From Bdellovibrionales bacterium (GTDB lineage: Bacteria; Bdellovibrionota; Bdellovibrionia; Bdellovibrionales; UBA1609): a DNA stretch of 64,000 nt. Location of the stretch: assembly GCA_965205945.1 (NCBI GenBank), contig CBDBIB010000003.1:64001-128000 (forward strand), given 5' to 3'. Below the pieces are notes generated by a model. That model did not search any database. It was given only the letters and a program-made list of their open reading frames with translations, and was not told the origin of the DNA. Below, piece by piece: positions 42,001 through 50,645 of this stretch (its first letter is position 1; every line of letters starts with the position of its first letter). The position numbers were made by a program, and so were the translations under genes.

Positions 42001-43215
42001 ACTAATATGAGCTTGATGTTTTATGATGCAGCTTTAGCTAACCCTGACACCTCTAACTGGGACACTTCTAAGGTTACTAGTATGAGCTGGATGTTTTTTA
42101 GTGCAGATTTAGCTAACCCTGACACCTCTGACTGGGACACTTCTAAGGTTACTAATATGAACGGGATGTTTTATGGTGCAGATTTAGCTAACCCTGACAC
42201 CTCTGACTGGGACACTTCTAAGGTTACTAGTATGAGCTCTATGTTTTATAATGCAGATTTAGCTAACCCTGACACCTCTGACTGGGACACTTCTAAGGTT
42301 ACTAGTATGAGCTCTATGTTTAATAATGCAGCTTTAGCTAACCCTGACACCTCTGACTGGGACACTTCTAAGGTTACTGATATGAGGTCTATGTTTAATA
42401 ATGCAGATTTAGCTAACCCTGACACCTCTGACTGGGACACTTCTAAGGTTACTGATATGAGCTCTATGTTTTTAAGTGCAGCTTTAGCTAACCCTGACAC
42501 CTCTAACTGGGACACTTCTAAGGTTACTGATATGAACTGGATGTTTTCTGATGCAGATTTAGCTAACCCTGACACCTCTAACTGGGACACTTCTAAGGTT
42601 ACTGATATGAGCTCTATGTTTTTAAGTGCAGCTTTAGCTAACCCTGACACCTCTGACTGGGACACTTCTAAGGTTACTAATATGAACGGGATGTTTTCTT
42701 ATGCAGCTTTAGCTAACCCTGACACCTCTGACTGGGACACTTCTAAGGTTACTAGTATGAGCTCTATGTTTTATAATGCAGATTTAGCTAACCCTGACAC
42801 CTCTGACTGGGACACTTCTAAGGTTATTTATATGAACTCTATGTTTTATAATGCAGATTTAGCTAACCCTGACACCTCTAACTGGGACACTTCTAAGGTT
42901 ATTTATATGAACTCTATGTTTTATAATGCAGATTTAGCTAACCCTGACACCTCTAACTGGGACACTTCTAAGGTTACTAATATGAGCTTGATGTTTTATG
43001 ATGCAGATTTAGCTAACCCTGACACCTCTGACTGGGACACTTCTAAGGTTACTGATATGGGGAGTATGTTTAATAATGCAGCTTCTTTTGATCAAGACAT
43101 CAGTTCATGGAATGTTTCTAACGTTCTCGATTGCGGCAGTTTTTCAAGCCGAACTTTAACTTCTTGGACTCGTGCTGAAAAACCTAATTTTACACGTTGT
43201 AGCCCTGGTTATTAA
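36004..43215 (+). CDS. Giant (~2400 aa) secreted fibre/adhesin-like protein: Bdellovibrio-type fibre N-domain, ~3.4 x 323-aa repeats, Ig/PKD-like domains, DUF285 (BspA-like) repeats
   Basis: Signal peptide; FVFQGQIVKPNG...CLLYEE N-domain; phage-fibre-like GDLTGTYPNPSL and GRVGVGKASPEALLDVAG motifs; WGDG PKD motif; WDTSKVTxMxxMF repeats. Start uncertain (35974 TTG, 36004 ATG or 36049 GTG). Confidence 0.85.
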   Translation: MYRVYDLLKNFIEISVKALTFFTILLLTPHSLATPSSFVFQGQIVKPNGDALEENNVSFLVQVLSSMDHCLLYEESFNLNMIGSKGVFNLNVGSGINTGNGGLTNLSKALDNSFLNNKSLSCAFGSSYTPTLNDTRRLRVTFDHGSGPLTLTNDHIIHSVPYAQYAGKLGGKAVNDFIQVSRGVTQSNLETVFDNDANQRELMALINGSSNQYSPLSISGASSLPSFSSSHPPPNSQAGDIWYNSTNNQIMYYNGSAATVVGKGSGTVTSITAGSGLSGGTITNSGTILIAPGGVLNSHLASGIHANKITSGILPSSVVPTGTDNTKLPLTGGVLLGDLNLNNNQILNTSHIMQNPGSTMTLGSYTNLEEVSLLGSMNMSNAGATWYNSDSGALKYWNGVSLEVLSTLSSASSVLVNAPLTSSGGSNPTISINLGRGLYNNSGNIDLDLDSSGGLEFNINKLKVKVGSGLKITPRGLEADIGSGLGQLMQVDTLPVCTSGEKIQRNPGAIISYSCVADIDTDTDTSLLGSQAQGDLTGTYPNPSLTPTGVTQGAYPKVRVDVKGRVVEGLSLLKSDIPDLNGEKITSGTISTARLDVGTGSNQLIKLDSSLRLPAVDGSRLINLPSSADNMGDSVARLNINLNQNYLSGDGDNEGIIIDASGRVGVGKASPEALLDVAGTARITQICDERGANCKDVSEGWSLASLAANTVTYTPFGNIQATDVEGALNELESRKAPITRTIRTALNSGLSGGGDLSTNRSLSVDINKTTEKTTADSLDSVLIYDVSQSSLKKITHSNFLNGYLKASLGKSRGNAMDAGGVPSCESNEKLQMSNGPIYSWSCEVDQNTSLLGSQAQGDLTGTYPNPSLIPTGVTPGTYSKVRVDVKGRVVESLSLSENDIPDLNGEKITSGTISTARLDVGTGSNQLIKLDSSLRLPAVDGSRLINLPSSADNMGDGIARLNISLNQNYLSGDGDNEGIIIDASGRVGVGKASPEALLDVAGTARITQICDERGANCKDVSEGWSLASLAANTVTYTPFGNIQATDVEGALNELESRKAPITRTITTALNSGLSGGGDLSTNRSLSVDINKTTEKTTADSLDSVLMYDVSQSSLKKITHSNFLNGYLKASLGKSRGNAMDAGGVPSCESNEKLQMSNGPIYSWSCEVDQNTSLLGSQAQGDLTGTYPNPSLIPTGVTPGTYPKVRVDVKGRVVEGLSLLKSDIPDLNGEKITSGTISTARLDVGTGSNQLIKLDSSLRLPAVDGSRLINLPSSADNMGDGIARLNINLNQNYLSGDGDNEGIIIDANGRVGVGKASPEALLDVAGTARITQICDERGANCKDVSEGWSLASLAANTVTYTPFGNIQATDVEGALNELESRKAPITRTIRTALNSGLSGGGDLSTNRSLSVDINKTTEKTTADSLDSVLMYDVSQSGLKKITHSNFLNGYLKASLGTSRGNAMDAGGVPNCESNEKLQMSEGPIYLWSCVTDTSLLGSQAQGDLTGTYPNPSLIPTGVTQGTYPKVRVDVKGRVVEGLSLLKSDIPDLNGEKITSGTISTARLDVGTGSNQLIKLDSSLRLPAVDGSRLINLPSSADNMGDGRARLNINLNQNYLSGDGDDEGITINNNGDVSVSGSISTPGSISTSTVTFLKKVGTVTTPCDSLTEGTLRYNSLGKKLEFCDGVVWKTFLSNNDPTISITNSLSGSYINSINEGGFRVLGTCSEDGELITFSHGTSFITCSNKSFSGDIDFSSLSDGPLSLTASITNIAGNSKTSGVLNLIKDTKPPIVSIGSHIISSSNSIDFPITVSQDFSSINLEKSNVSLTGATTGCTVLVTNGTTINPSIRISDCSDETGNIQITIASGVAQDAAGNLSDVVSLSTEIQNLGTPFTAKFSIYGSDLNLNLRLNSSYTYNFMVHWGDGTSGVVTSSSDLDKNHTYSSSGTYIVKITGRCPYLNFRDSEQIIEVTELGDTGWESFSHMFYKADNLTLVNGGSTRHVTNMSLMFYDAALANPDTSNWDTSKVTSMSWMFFSADLANPDTSDWDTSKVTNMNGMFYGADLANPDTSDWDTSKVTSMSSMFYNADLANPDTSDWDTSKVTSMSSMFNNAALANPDTSDWDTSKVTDMRSMFNNADLANPDTSDWDTSKVTDMSSMFLSAALANPDTSNWDTSKVTDMNWMFSDADLANPDTSNWDTSKVTDMSSMFLSAALANPDTSDWDTSKVTNMNGMFSYAALANPDTSDWDTSKVTSMSSMFYNADLANPDTSDWDTSKVIYMNSMFYNADLANPDTSNWDTSKVIYMNSMFYNADLANPDTSNWDTSKVTNMSLMFYDADLANPDTSDWDTSKVTDMGSMFNNAASFDQDISSWNVSNVLDCGSFSSRTLTSWTRAEKPNFTRCSPGY
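37574..40870 (+). repeat. Intragenic tandem repeat of ~969-bp units (starts 37574, 38543, 39512, 40475; last unit partial)
   Basis: acacaagtcttttaggaagccagg recurs at spacings of 969, 969 and 963 bp with near-identical intervening sequence. Confidence 0.97.
42001..43083 (+). repeat. 75-bp (25-aa) DUF285-type tandem array, 14 full units plus a partial unit
   Basis: ttagctaaccctgacacctct(a/g)actgggacacttctaaggtta recurs every 75 bp from 42001 to 43050. Confidence 0.97.
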
Positions 43216-43296
43216 TTTATTTTTTTTCTTATTCTGATTTGCTTCAGTTTGCTAAAGCACTTACTTATAAACACTCAATTAAAAAAACTTTCGTTT

Positions 43297-43968
43297 TTAT
43301 ATAAATTGAACTTTTTCACCGTGAAAGAAAAGGTCTACCTTACTAGAAAAATAAACACCCTCATCGCCTATGGCAATAAAGTCCCCGTCTTTAATTCCAT
43401 ATAAAGGAGAACTGTGCAGTGAACTATAAGCAAGTAAGTCTTTAATCATATTTTTAGAGCTTTTATAATGAGGGCAAATCTCAAAGGGTAAAAGGTTTAG
43501 TCCTTTAAAGTCCTTCCTTTCAAGATTGCACTCATCAGCATCTTTTGAAGGAAAACACGCCATCATTAAACTTGGGCTTAATACTATCCCCCCAGCACTT
43601 AAACCTATAATTATTTTTCCATTATTTAAATGCTTCTTAAAAGTAGAGAAAAGTCTTTTTTTCTTAATATTATCAAAAAAATAAAAAGTGTTTCCTCCAC
43701 CTAAAAAAACTATATCTGAGGTTTTGATTTTTTGTTTAATTTGATTTAGGCTTTCATTCTCTAATGCTGCTACTTTAAATTGTGTTGCACAAACATAGTT
43801 TTTAAAATCTTTTAGCATTTGTTTAATTTCATCTTTTAAACCCCAAGGCTCTGCCGGAATATAACAGATTTTTTTAAACTTTGGGTATTTTTCTTTTATA
43901 TACCTTAATGCTTTTATATTATCAGAAGTGTTTACGCCAGAAAGAAGAATAATATTTTTGCTGCTCAT
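43297..43968 (-). CDS. Peptidase S51 (dipeptidase E-like)
   Basis: FLGGGNT, GLSAG and PHY motifs. Confidence 0.85.
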   Translation of the reverse strand: MSSKNIILLSGVNTSDNIKALRYIKEKYPKFKKICYIPAEPWGLKDEIKQMLKDFKNYVCATQFKVAALENESLNQIKQKIKTSDIVFLGGGNTFYFFDNIKKKRLFSTFKKHLNNGKIIIGLSAGGIVLSPSLMMACFPSKDADECNLERKDFKGLNLLPFEICPHYKSSKNMIKDLLAYSSLHSSPLYGIKDGDFIAIGDEGVYFSSKVDLFFHGEKVQFI

Positions 43969-44493
43969 TTAGTGCACAGTTTTATTTTGAACCTGCATAT
44001 CTGTTAAAACCTTACCTCTAGCAATTTCTTCTTTTGTAGCATCTCGGATTTTTAAAATACTAATATTAAAAGTAAGATCTTCTCCAGCAAGTGGGTGATT
44101 TCCGTCAACTATAACAACCTGATCATCAAATTCTAAAACATGGAGCGCTACAGTTTCACCTTGAGGACCATGACTTTCAAACTTCATTCCTTTTACAATT
44201 TCTATTTCTCTTGGAAATAAACCTCGTTTCATTTCAACAACAAGTTCTTTTTTATATTTTCCATGGGCTTCTTCCGCTGAAAAAGAAAAATCCCCTTTAA
44301 AACCTTGGGTTTCACCTAATATACTGTTCTCTAAAGCTTTTAAAATTTGTCCATGACCTACTAGCAATTCGGCTGGATTGTCTGACGTTCTTGCTTCTAT
44401 TATACGTCCATCGCCATTTATAATAGAGTATGATACTAATATTACAGTTCCATTTTTAACTACTTTAGCCTCTTGTATTTTTTTAGCCATCAT
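43969..44493 (-). CDS. slyD: FKBP-type PPIase, SlyD family
   Basis: VDGNHPLAGEDLTF and IRDATKEEI. Confidence 0.9.
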   Translation of the reverse strand: MMAKKIQEAKVVKNGTVILVSYSIINGDGRIIEARTSDNPAELLVGHGQILKALENSILGETQGFKGDFSFSAEEAHGKYKKELVVEMKRGLFPREIEIVKGMKFESHGPQGETVALHVLEFDDQVVIVDGNHPLAGEDLTFNISILKIRDATKEEIARGKVLTDMQVQNKTVH

Positions 44494-45158
44494 TATTCAC
44501 ACTCCTGAGAAAATCTATCAAAGAATTTTTTATCTAACATTATACTCTTTTTCGTTAGTTTCATAAACTTATTTTTTGAAATCTTAGCTCCTCCAAGATC
44601 TTCTAGCAAAGGAGACAACATCTGTGTATCAATAAAGGACACTCCCATAATTTCAAGCCTTTTAACTAGGGAAATCAATGCCACCTTTGAAGCTCCTGAC
44701 TCTAAAAAAAACATACTCTCACCTGAAATATACTTATCTGAGATCACACCATATACCCCACCAACTAGTTTTTTTTCAAATGTGTTTGTCTGTTTCCAGA
44801 CTTCAACCGAGTATGCTTTTTTCATTTTAAAAAGCTTTGTATATGCTTTTTTTATTTCCTCATTAATCCATGTACCTAGTTGCTCTTTTCTTGGTGTTTC
44901 TCCACAAAGTTTAATTACATCTTCAAAATTTTGACAGAAACTGACTTTAAATTTTTTTTTTCTAAGTAGTTTTTTTAAGGAATTTGGTATGTGTAGGTTT
45001 TTAAATTCTAAAACTCCTCTACTTTGAGGTGAAAACCAAGGGATAGCCTCTTGTCCATCTATAGGCCATGGGAAAATAAGATTTTTATATGCTAGAATAA
45101 GGTCTTCTACTAGAATATTTTTTGTCACTGCTACTAAATCATCTTTTGCAACACTCAA
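44493..45158 (-). CDS. aat: Leucyl/phenylalanyl-tRNA-protein transferase
   Basis: IFPW, WFSP, SVEVW, LVGGVYG, GESMF and ASKVAL. Confidence 0.93.
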   Translation of the reverse strand: MSVAKDDLVAVTKNILVEDLILAYKNLIFPWPIDGQEAIPWFSPQSRGVLEFKNLHIPNSLKKLLRKKKFKVSFCQNFEDVIKLCGETPRKEQLGTWINEEIKKAYTKLFKMKKAYSVEVWKQTNTFEKKLVGGVYGVISDKYISGESMFFLESGASKVALISLVKRLEIMGVSFIDTQMLSPLLEDLGGAKISKNKFMKLTKKSIMLDKKFFDRFSQECE

Positions 45159-46594
45159 ACCTCTAATTCTCCAAAATATTCTTTTAAAAAGCTTTTAAAA
45201 CTCTCATCTTTTAAACGTATGAGCTGGATAAGTTTGTATAGTTTTATTTGTTGATTCTTAATAAGTTCTTTACTTAAACCCTTGGCAACATCTGGAACAT
45301 TTTTAACTAAAGCGGCTCCCTTGCGTAAGATTCCTTTTTCTAAAGTTAAACACTCCCACCTTATAAGAATATTGATAGCTGACTCCATCCTAAAGTCATA
45401 TGAGTTATAAAAATTCATTTTCTTTTTAAGTTCATCAAGCCTGTTTATAGGGTAGCCCATTTTTTTTGTTTCACAGATTTTATGATGAATCCATCTAATG
45501 GTATCTGAATCAGGGTGTCCCCATTTAATAAAATCCATTTGTATTTGAATATCTTCTTGGGAATAAAATAAATAACAGTTAGAATTTTCACCGTCCCTTC
45601 CTGCTCTTCCAAATTCTTGCACATATGCTTCTATAGAGCCTGGTAGTTCAAAATGTATAACTGATCTAATATTAGGTTTATCCACCCCTAAACCAAATGC
45701 TGGTGTTGCCAGCATTAAATCACAGTCACCTTTAATAAATTTTTCTTGATTTTTACTTCTTACGTGGTTTGAAAGTTTTGAATGATATTTTACGTAATAA
45801 AGTCCAGTTTCTTCTAAAAATTTACCAAATCGTTCTAAGTTTTTAATAAGTGAAAAATAGATTAACCATGGGCCTTTTTCTATTTTAATGAGTTTTATAA
45901 TATTTTTTCTTTTTTCTTCAAAATCAAAACACAGTTGAACATGGCAAAAAAGATTCTCTCTAAGGATTGAACCATAGTATTTAGATGTATTTTCTAAGTC
46001 TAAGCCTAGTATTTTAATTACATCCTCTTCTGTTTTTAAAGTCGCTGTTGCTGTACAGGCTAGTGTTGGAGGATTTCCTAAAAAACTTCTAATCTCACCA
46101 ATTTTAGAATAATCTGGTCGAAAATCATGACCCCATTGAGAAGCACAATGTGCTTCATCTAAAACAAAAAAATCTGGTTTTTTATTGCTTAAAGCATTAC
46201 AGAAATTTTTTTTTCCAAAACGCTCGGGAGTAACAAAAAATAAATTACAATAACCACTTAACCAAGATTCTAGTGAGGCCTTACGTTTTTTATTGTCTTG
46301 TTGAGAGTGCATACAGGAGGCTTTAATTCCAAAACTTTTAGCATTAGCTACCTGATCATCCATTAAAGCTATTAGTGGAGAGAGTACTAAAACAGAGCGA
46401 TTTAATGCCAAATATTGATAAATCAAGCTTTTTCCACCTCCAGTAGGCTTTCTTAAAAAGATATTCTCGCCTAATTTCAATGCAGAGATTGCTTCAAACT
46501 GATGATCTTTGAAAAAATCATATCCAAAATGATTTTTAAGGGTTTGTAATTCTTCTGGTGTTGGGGGCTTAGGGATTGTTTTCATATATTCCAT
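45155..46594 (-). CDS. RecQ-family ATP-dependent DNA helicase (short form)
   Basis: PTGGGKSL, DEAHC, QWGHDFRPDY and QEFGRAGRDG. Confidence 0.92.
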   Translation of the reverse strand: MEYMKTIPKPPTPEELQTLKNHFGYDFFKDHQFEAISALKLGENIFLRKPTGGGKSLIYQYLALNRSVLVLSPLIALMDDQVANAKSFGIKASCMHSQQDNKKRKASLESWLSGYCNLFFVTPERFGKKNFCNALSNKKPDFFVLDEAHCASQWGHDFRPDYSKIGEIRSFLGNPPTLACTATATLKTEEDVIKILGLDLENTSKYYGSILRENLFCHVQLCFDFEEKRKNIIKLIKIEKGPWLIYFSLIKNLERFGKFLEETGLYYVKYHSKLSNHVRSKNQEKFIKGDCDLMLATPAFGLGVDKPNIRSVIHFELPGSIEAYVQEFGRAGRDGENSNCYLFYSQEDIQIQMDFIKWGHPDSDTIRWIHHKICETKKMGYPINRLDELKKKMNFYNSYDFRMESAINILIRWECLTLEKGILRKGAALVKNVPDVAKGLSKELIKNQQIKLYKLIQLIRLKDESFKSFLKEYFGELEV

Positions 46595-46687
46595 GCTTCC
46601 ATTATTTTTAAATTCCTGCTAGATATTTTTGACTATTTAGTAGTATCAATATAATTGGGGGCTACTATATTTTTTAAGGAGAATCTC

Positions 46688-48793
46688 ATGGCAAAAGTTT
46701 GGGACTTAAATACAGTCCGTAATATCGGTATCTCAGCTCACATTGACTCTGGTAAGACGACCCTTACAGAAAGAATTCTTTTTTATGGTGGTAAAATTCA
46801 TGCTATCCATGATGTTCGTGGTAAAGATGGTGTGGGCGCAAAAATGGATTCTATGGAGCTTGAAAAAGAACGTGGGATTACAATTCAATCAGCTGCAACA
46901 AATGTTGATTGGAAAGATATTGAGATTAATATTATTGATACTCCAGGCCATGTAGACTTTACTGTTGAAGTTGAAAGATCGCTTCGTGTACTTGATGGCG
47001 CTATTTTAGTACTATGTGGTGTTGCAGGCGTTCAGTCACAGTCCATCACAGTTGATAGGCAGATGAAACGTTATAATGTGCCTAGAATTGCTTTTGTTAA
47101 TAAGCTTGATCGCTCAGGAGCTAATCCTTTTAAAGTTATGGAGGCCTTAAGAGAAAAACTTCACCATAATGCTGTTATGGCTCAAATTCCAATAGGAGTA
47201 GAGGATAAGCATGAAGGTGTTATAGATTTAGTGGAAATGAAGGCTTACTACTTTAAAGGTGACAATGGTGAAAATCTTATAGAAGAAAAAATTCCTGCTG
47301 ATTTAGTTAATCATGCTCAAGAGTATCGAAAAACGCTTATCTCAGTTGCTGCTGATTTTGACGATGCTGTTGGTGAAAAATTTTTAATGGAAGAAGAACC
47401 TACTCAGACTGAATTAAAAACAGCTATTAAAAAAGGGGTTTTATCTCTTAAATTAACACCTGTTTTTTGTGGATCTGCTTATAAGAATAAAGGCGTTCAA
47501 AAACTTCTTGATGCTGTTAAAGACTATCTTCCAAACCCTCTTGAAATTACAAACACAGGTTTAAATCAAAGTGATAATGAAAATGAAATTGTTCTTACTA
47601 ATGATCCTGATGCGCCGCTAGTTGCTCTAGCCTTTAAACTTGAAGAGGGTCAGTACGGACAGCTTACTTATATGAGAATTTATCAAGGTACTCTTAAAAA
47701 AGGTGAGTTTATTTATAATATGGTTGGCCAGAAAAAAGTTAAAGTTCCTAGAATCGTTCGAATGAATTCAAATGAAATGCAAGATATTAATGAAGCAAAG
47801 GCTGGCGATATTGTTGCATTGTTTGGTGTGGACTGTGCTTCTGGTGATACTTTTACTGATGGGCGTGCAAATATCACGATGACTTCTATGTTTGTTCCTA
47901 ATGCCGTAATTTCTTTAGCTATAGCGCCAAAAGATAAAGGTGGCGCATCTAATTTTACAAAAGCATTAAATAAATTTCGAAAAGAAGATCCAACTTTTAG
48001 GGTGCATAGAGATGAAGAGTCAGGACAAACAATTATTTCTGGAATGGGTGAGCTTCATTTAGAAGTTTATGTGGAGCGTATGAGGCGTGAGTTTAAAATT
48101 GAAGTTGAGACTGGACAGCCACAAGTTGCTTATAGAGAAACTATCGCCATTGCTGCAGACTACGATTACACTCATAAAAAACAAACTGGTGGATCTGGTC
48201 AATATGCAAAGGTTATTGGTTTAATTAAGCCTTTAGATCCGAACTCTGAGAGTCTTTATGAGTTTAATAGTAAAATAACTGGTGGGCGTATTCCTAAAGA
48301 GTATATAGGTGCTTGTGATAAGGGTTTTCAGGACCAAATGAAAAAAGGCACACTTATCGGTGCACAGGTTATAGGTGTTAGTATTGATTTAGTTGATGGG
48401 GCTTATCATGATGTGGATTCATCTGAGATGGCCTTTAAGATTTGCGCAATGGGTGCTTTTAAAGAAGCTTATGCAAAAGCCCAACCCTCAGCTTTAGAGC
48501 CTTTAATGAAAGTTGAAGTTTCTGCTCCCGAAGAGTTTCAGGGAAATGTTATGGGGCAAATCAACCAAAGACGTGGGATCATCCAAGGCTCTAATGCAGA
48601 CGAAGGCTTTTCTACGGTAGAAGCTGAAGTTCCACTATCTGAAATGTTTGGTTATTCAACAGAGCTTCGATCAGCAACACAAGGCAAAGGTGAGTTTACT
48701 ATGGAGTTTGCAAGATATGCTAAATGCCCGCATAATGTTCAAGATGAGCTTGCAAAAATCTATGCAGCCAAAAAAGCTAAAGAGAGTAAATAA
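46688..48793 (+). CDS. fusA: Elongation factor G
   Basis: [28 protein letters not shown] and GMGELHL. AAGGAG precedes ATG 46688. Confidence 0.98.
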   Translation: MAKVWDLNTVRNIGISAHIDSGKTTLTERILFYGGKIHAIHDVRGKDGVGAKMDSMELEKERGITIQSAATNVDWKDIEINIIDTPGHVDFTVEVERSLRVLDGAILVLCGVAGVQSQSITVDRQMKRYNVPRIAFVNKLDRSGANPFKVMEALREKLHHNAVMAQIPIGVEDKHEGVIDLVEMKAYYFKGDNGENLIEEKIPADLVNHAQEYRKTLISVAADFDDAVGEKFLMEEEPTQTELKTAIKKGVLSLKLTPVFCGSAYKNKGVQKLLDAVKDYLPNPLEITNTGLNQSDNENEIVLTNDPDAPLVALAFKLEEGQYGQLTYMRIYQGTLKKGEFIYNMVGQKKVKVPRIVRMNSNEMQDINEAKAGDIVALFGVDCASGDTFTDGRANITMTSMFVPNAVISLAIAPKDKGGASNFTKALNKFRKEDPTFRVHRDEESGQTIISGMGELHLEVYVERMRREFKIEVETGQPQVAYRETIAIAADYDYTHKKQTGGSGQYAKVIGLIKPLDPNSESLYEFNSKITGGRIPKEYIGACDKGFQDQMKKGTLIGAQVIGVSIDLVDGAYHDVDSSEMAFKICAMGAFKEAYAKAQPSALEPLMKVEVSAPEEFQGNVMGQINQRRGIIQGSNADEGFSTVEAEVPLSEMFGYSTELRSATQGKGEFTMEFARYAKCPHNVQDELAKIYAAKKAKESK

Positions 48794-48797
48794 CAAT

Positions 48798-49331
48798 ATG
48801 ATTTTATCTGACGGTACTATCACAGATTTATTAGCAGAGGGGACTTTAAAAGTAAGTCCGTTATGTAAAGAGTCCCTTCAACCAGCGTCTATTGATTTAC
48901 GTTTAGGAACACATTACCTGAGCATTGAAGATCAATATATGTCATCAGGATGTATTTTGTTTTCTCAAGAAATTAAATATCGTGAGCTTAAGGGGGCTAC
49001 AATGATCATTCCTCCTCATTCATTTTTATTAGCAACAACAATGGAGTACATTGAACTTCCTGACAACATGACAGCTTTTGTTGAGGGTCGTAGTTCTATT
49101 GGAAGAATAGGCTTATTCATTCAGAATGCTGGATGGGTTGACCCTGGCTTTAAAGGTGAAATCACTTTAGAGCTTTATAATGCAAATTCTTTACCTATTA
49201 AACTTGAGGCTGGAAGAAGAATTTGCCAGTTAGTCTTATGTTCTATGGATAAGGCGGCATTAAAACCATATAATGGAAAATACCAGGGGCAGAAAAAAAC
49301 CACTGGAAGCCGTATTTTTCAAGATCTTTGA
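48798..49331 (+). CDS. dcd: dCTP deaminase
   Basis: QPASIDLRLG, EGRSSIGR, AGWVDPGFKGEITLE and YNGKYQGQ. Real start is ATG 48798. Confidence 0.93.
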   Translation: MILSDGTITDLLAEGTLKVSPLCKESLQPASIDLRLGTHYLSIEDQYMSSGCILFSQEIKYRELKGATMIIPPHSFLLATTMEYIELPDNMTAFVEGRSSIGRIGLFIQNAGWVDPGFKGEITLELYNANSLPIKLEAGRRICQLVLCSMDKAALKPYNGKYQGQKKTTGSRIFQDL

Positions 49332-49571
49332 GCCAGTTTAGGGTTATTTCTTAATTTAAAAGCTATATTTAAGAATAAAGCTGTATTTAAGCTTTTATCT
49401 TTGTCTCTTTTTATTTACAAACCCTTAGAATATGTAGTAAATTGTTTCTCTAACAGGAGTATTTGATACCTATATGGACAACGTCCCCATGCTTGCCTTT
49501 CAGGCAACAGAAGAAATATTAAATTTTTTATCTAATTCTTTAAATCAAGATTTTTTTTGCGTGGTAAAATC

Positions 49572-50630
49572 ATGAGTCTTCTTATAATTTATTTAGTCTT
49601 ATCAATTGTTGTTTCCTTTTTATGCTCACTTTTAGAGTCTGTGATTCTTTCTTTATCCCCTACCTATATTGCAGTTTTAGAAAAAGAAAATCATAAAAGA
49701 GGGGCTCTCTTATCTGATTTAAAAGATAATATTGACCGTCCACTTGCCGCTATTTTAGCTCTAAACACCACAGCAAATACAGTTGGAGCTGCCGGCGTTG
49801 GTGCACAGGTTTTAAGTATTTGGGGAAATGAATGGTTTGCCACTGCTTCAGGAGCCTTAACCTTCACAATTTTAGTGTTTTCAGAAATTATTCCTAAAAC
49901 CTTAGGGGCTGTGCATTCAAAAAGACTTGCCCCATTTTGTGCTATTATTATTAAATATCTAATTTATTTTACTTATCCTTTTGTTTTATTCTCTGAATTT
50001 CTTAGTAATATTTTAAACTCTAGCGATGACACTTCCATGACAAGGGAGGAGATGATTGTTACCGCGGAGCTTGGAGTAGATGATGGTGTTATTCAAAAAA
50101 ATGAGAGCCTTGTAATTCAAAACCTACTTACACTAAATAAGCTTAAAGTTACCGATATTATGACACCAAGGTCCGTAATCTTTTCATTAAATGGAGAGGA
50201 CTCTGTTGGACAGATTTTTACACAGCATAAAAAAATCGAATTTTCTAGAATTCCAATATTTAAAGGTAATTTAGATAATATAATTGGATTTGTACTTAGA
50301 TACAAACTTATGGAAGCCTATTCTCAAGACTTAGACAATTTAGAGGTCGAGAAATTGGCAAAACCTATTCATTCAGTTCCTGACACCATCACAGTTGCTG
50401 CTTGCCTTGATCAGTTTATAAAAAGAAAGGAGCATATTTTTATAGTAGTTAATGAATATGGTGAATCTGAAGGGATCGTTACCTTAGAAGATGTTGTAGA
50501 AACTCTTTTAGGCGTTGAAATTGTAGATGAGTTTGACTCAGTTGAAGATTTACGTAAGCACGCTCGTGATCTATGGAAAAATAGAAAAAATGCTATGGCG
50601 CACCTTCAAAAACCTGCTGCAGATGGTTAA
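49572..50630 (+). CDS. CNNM/CBS-domain protein (CorC/HlyC family)
   Basis: CSLLES, SEIIPKT, IMTPR, FSRIP and GIVTLEDVVE. Confidence 0.9.
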   Translation: MSLLIIYLVLSIVVSFLCSLLESVILSLSPTYIAVLEKENHKRGALLSDLKDNIDRPLAAILALNTTANTVGAAGVGAQVLSIWGNEWFATASGALTFTILVFSEIIPKTLGAVHSKRLAPFCAIIIKYLIYFTYPFVLFSEFLSNILNSSDDTSMTREEMIVTAELGVDDGVIQKNESLVIQNLLTLNKLKVTDIMTPRSVIFSLNGEDSVGQIFTQHKKIEFSRIPIFKGNLDNIIGFVLRYKLMEAYSQDLDNLEVEKLAKPIHSVPDTITVAACLDQFIKRKEHIFIVVNEYGESEGIVTLEDVVETLLGVEIVDEFDSVEDLRKHARDLWKNRKNAMAHLQKPAADG

Positions 50631-50645
50631 AATAAAGAGGTTCTT

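Noticed and set aside
37095..42665. Repeated minus-strand ORFs inside the giant gene
   Set aside because: Antisense shadows of the tandem repeats.
42001..43083. Repeat-spacer-like pattern resembling a CRISPR array
   Set aside because: The period is exactly 75 bp in frame within a long ORF, the variable parts are related to each other and codon-structured, and there are no cas genes.
48648..48797. N-terminal extension of dcd overlapping fusA
   Set aside because: Dcd homology begins at MILSD (ATG 48798); the extension is an alternative-frame read of the fusA 3' end.
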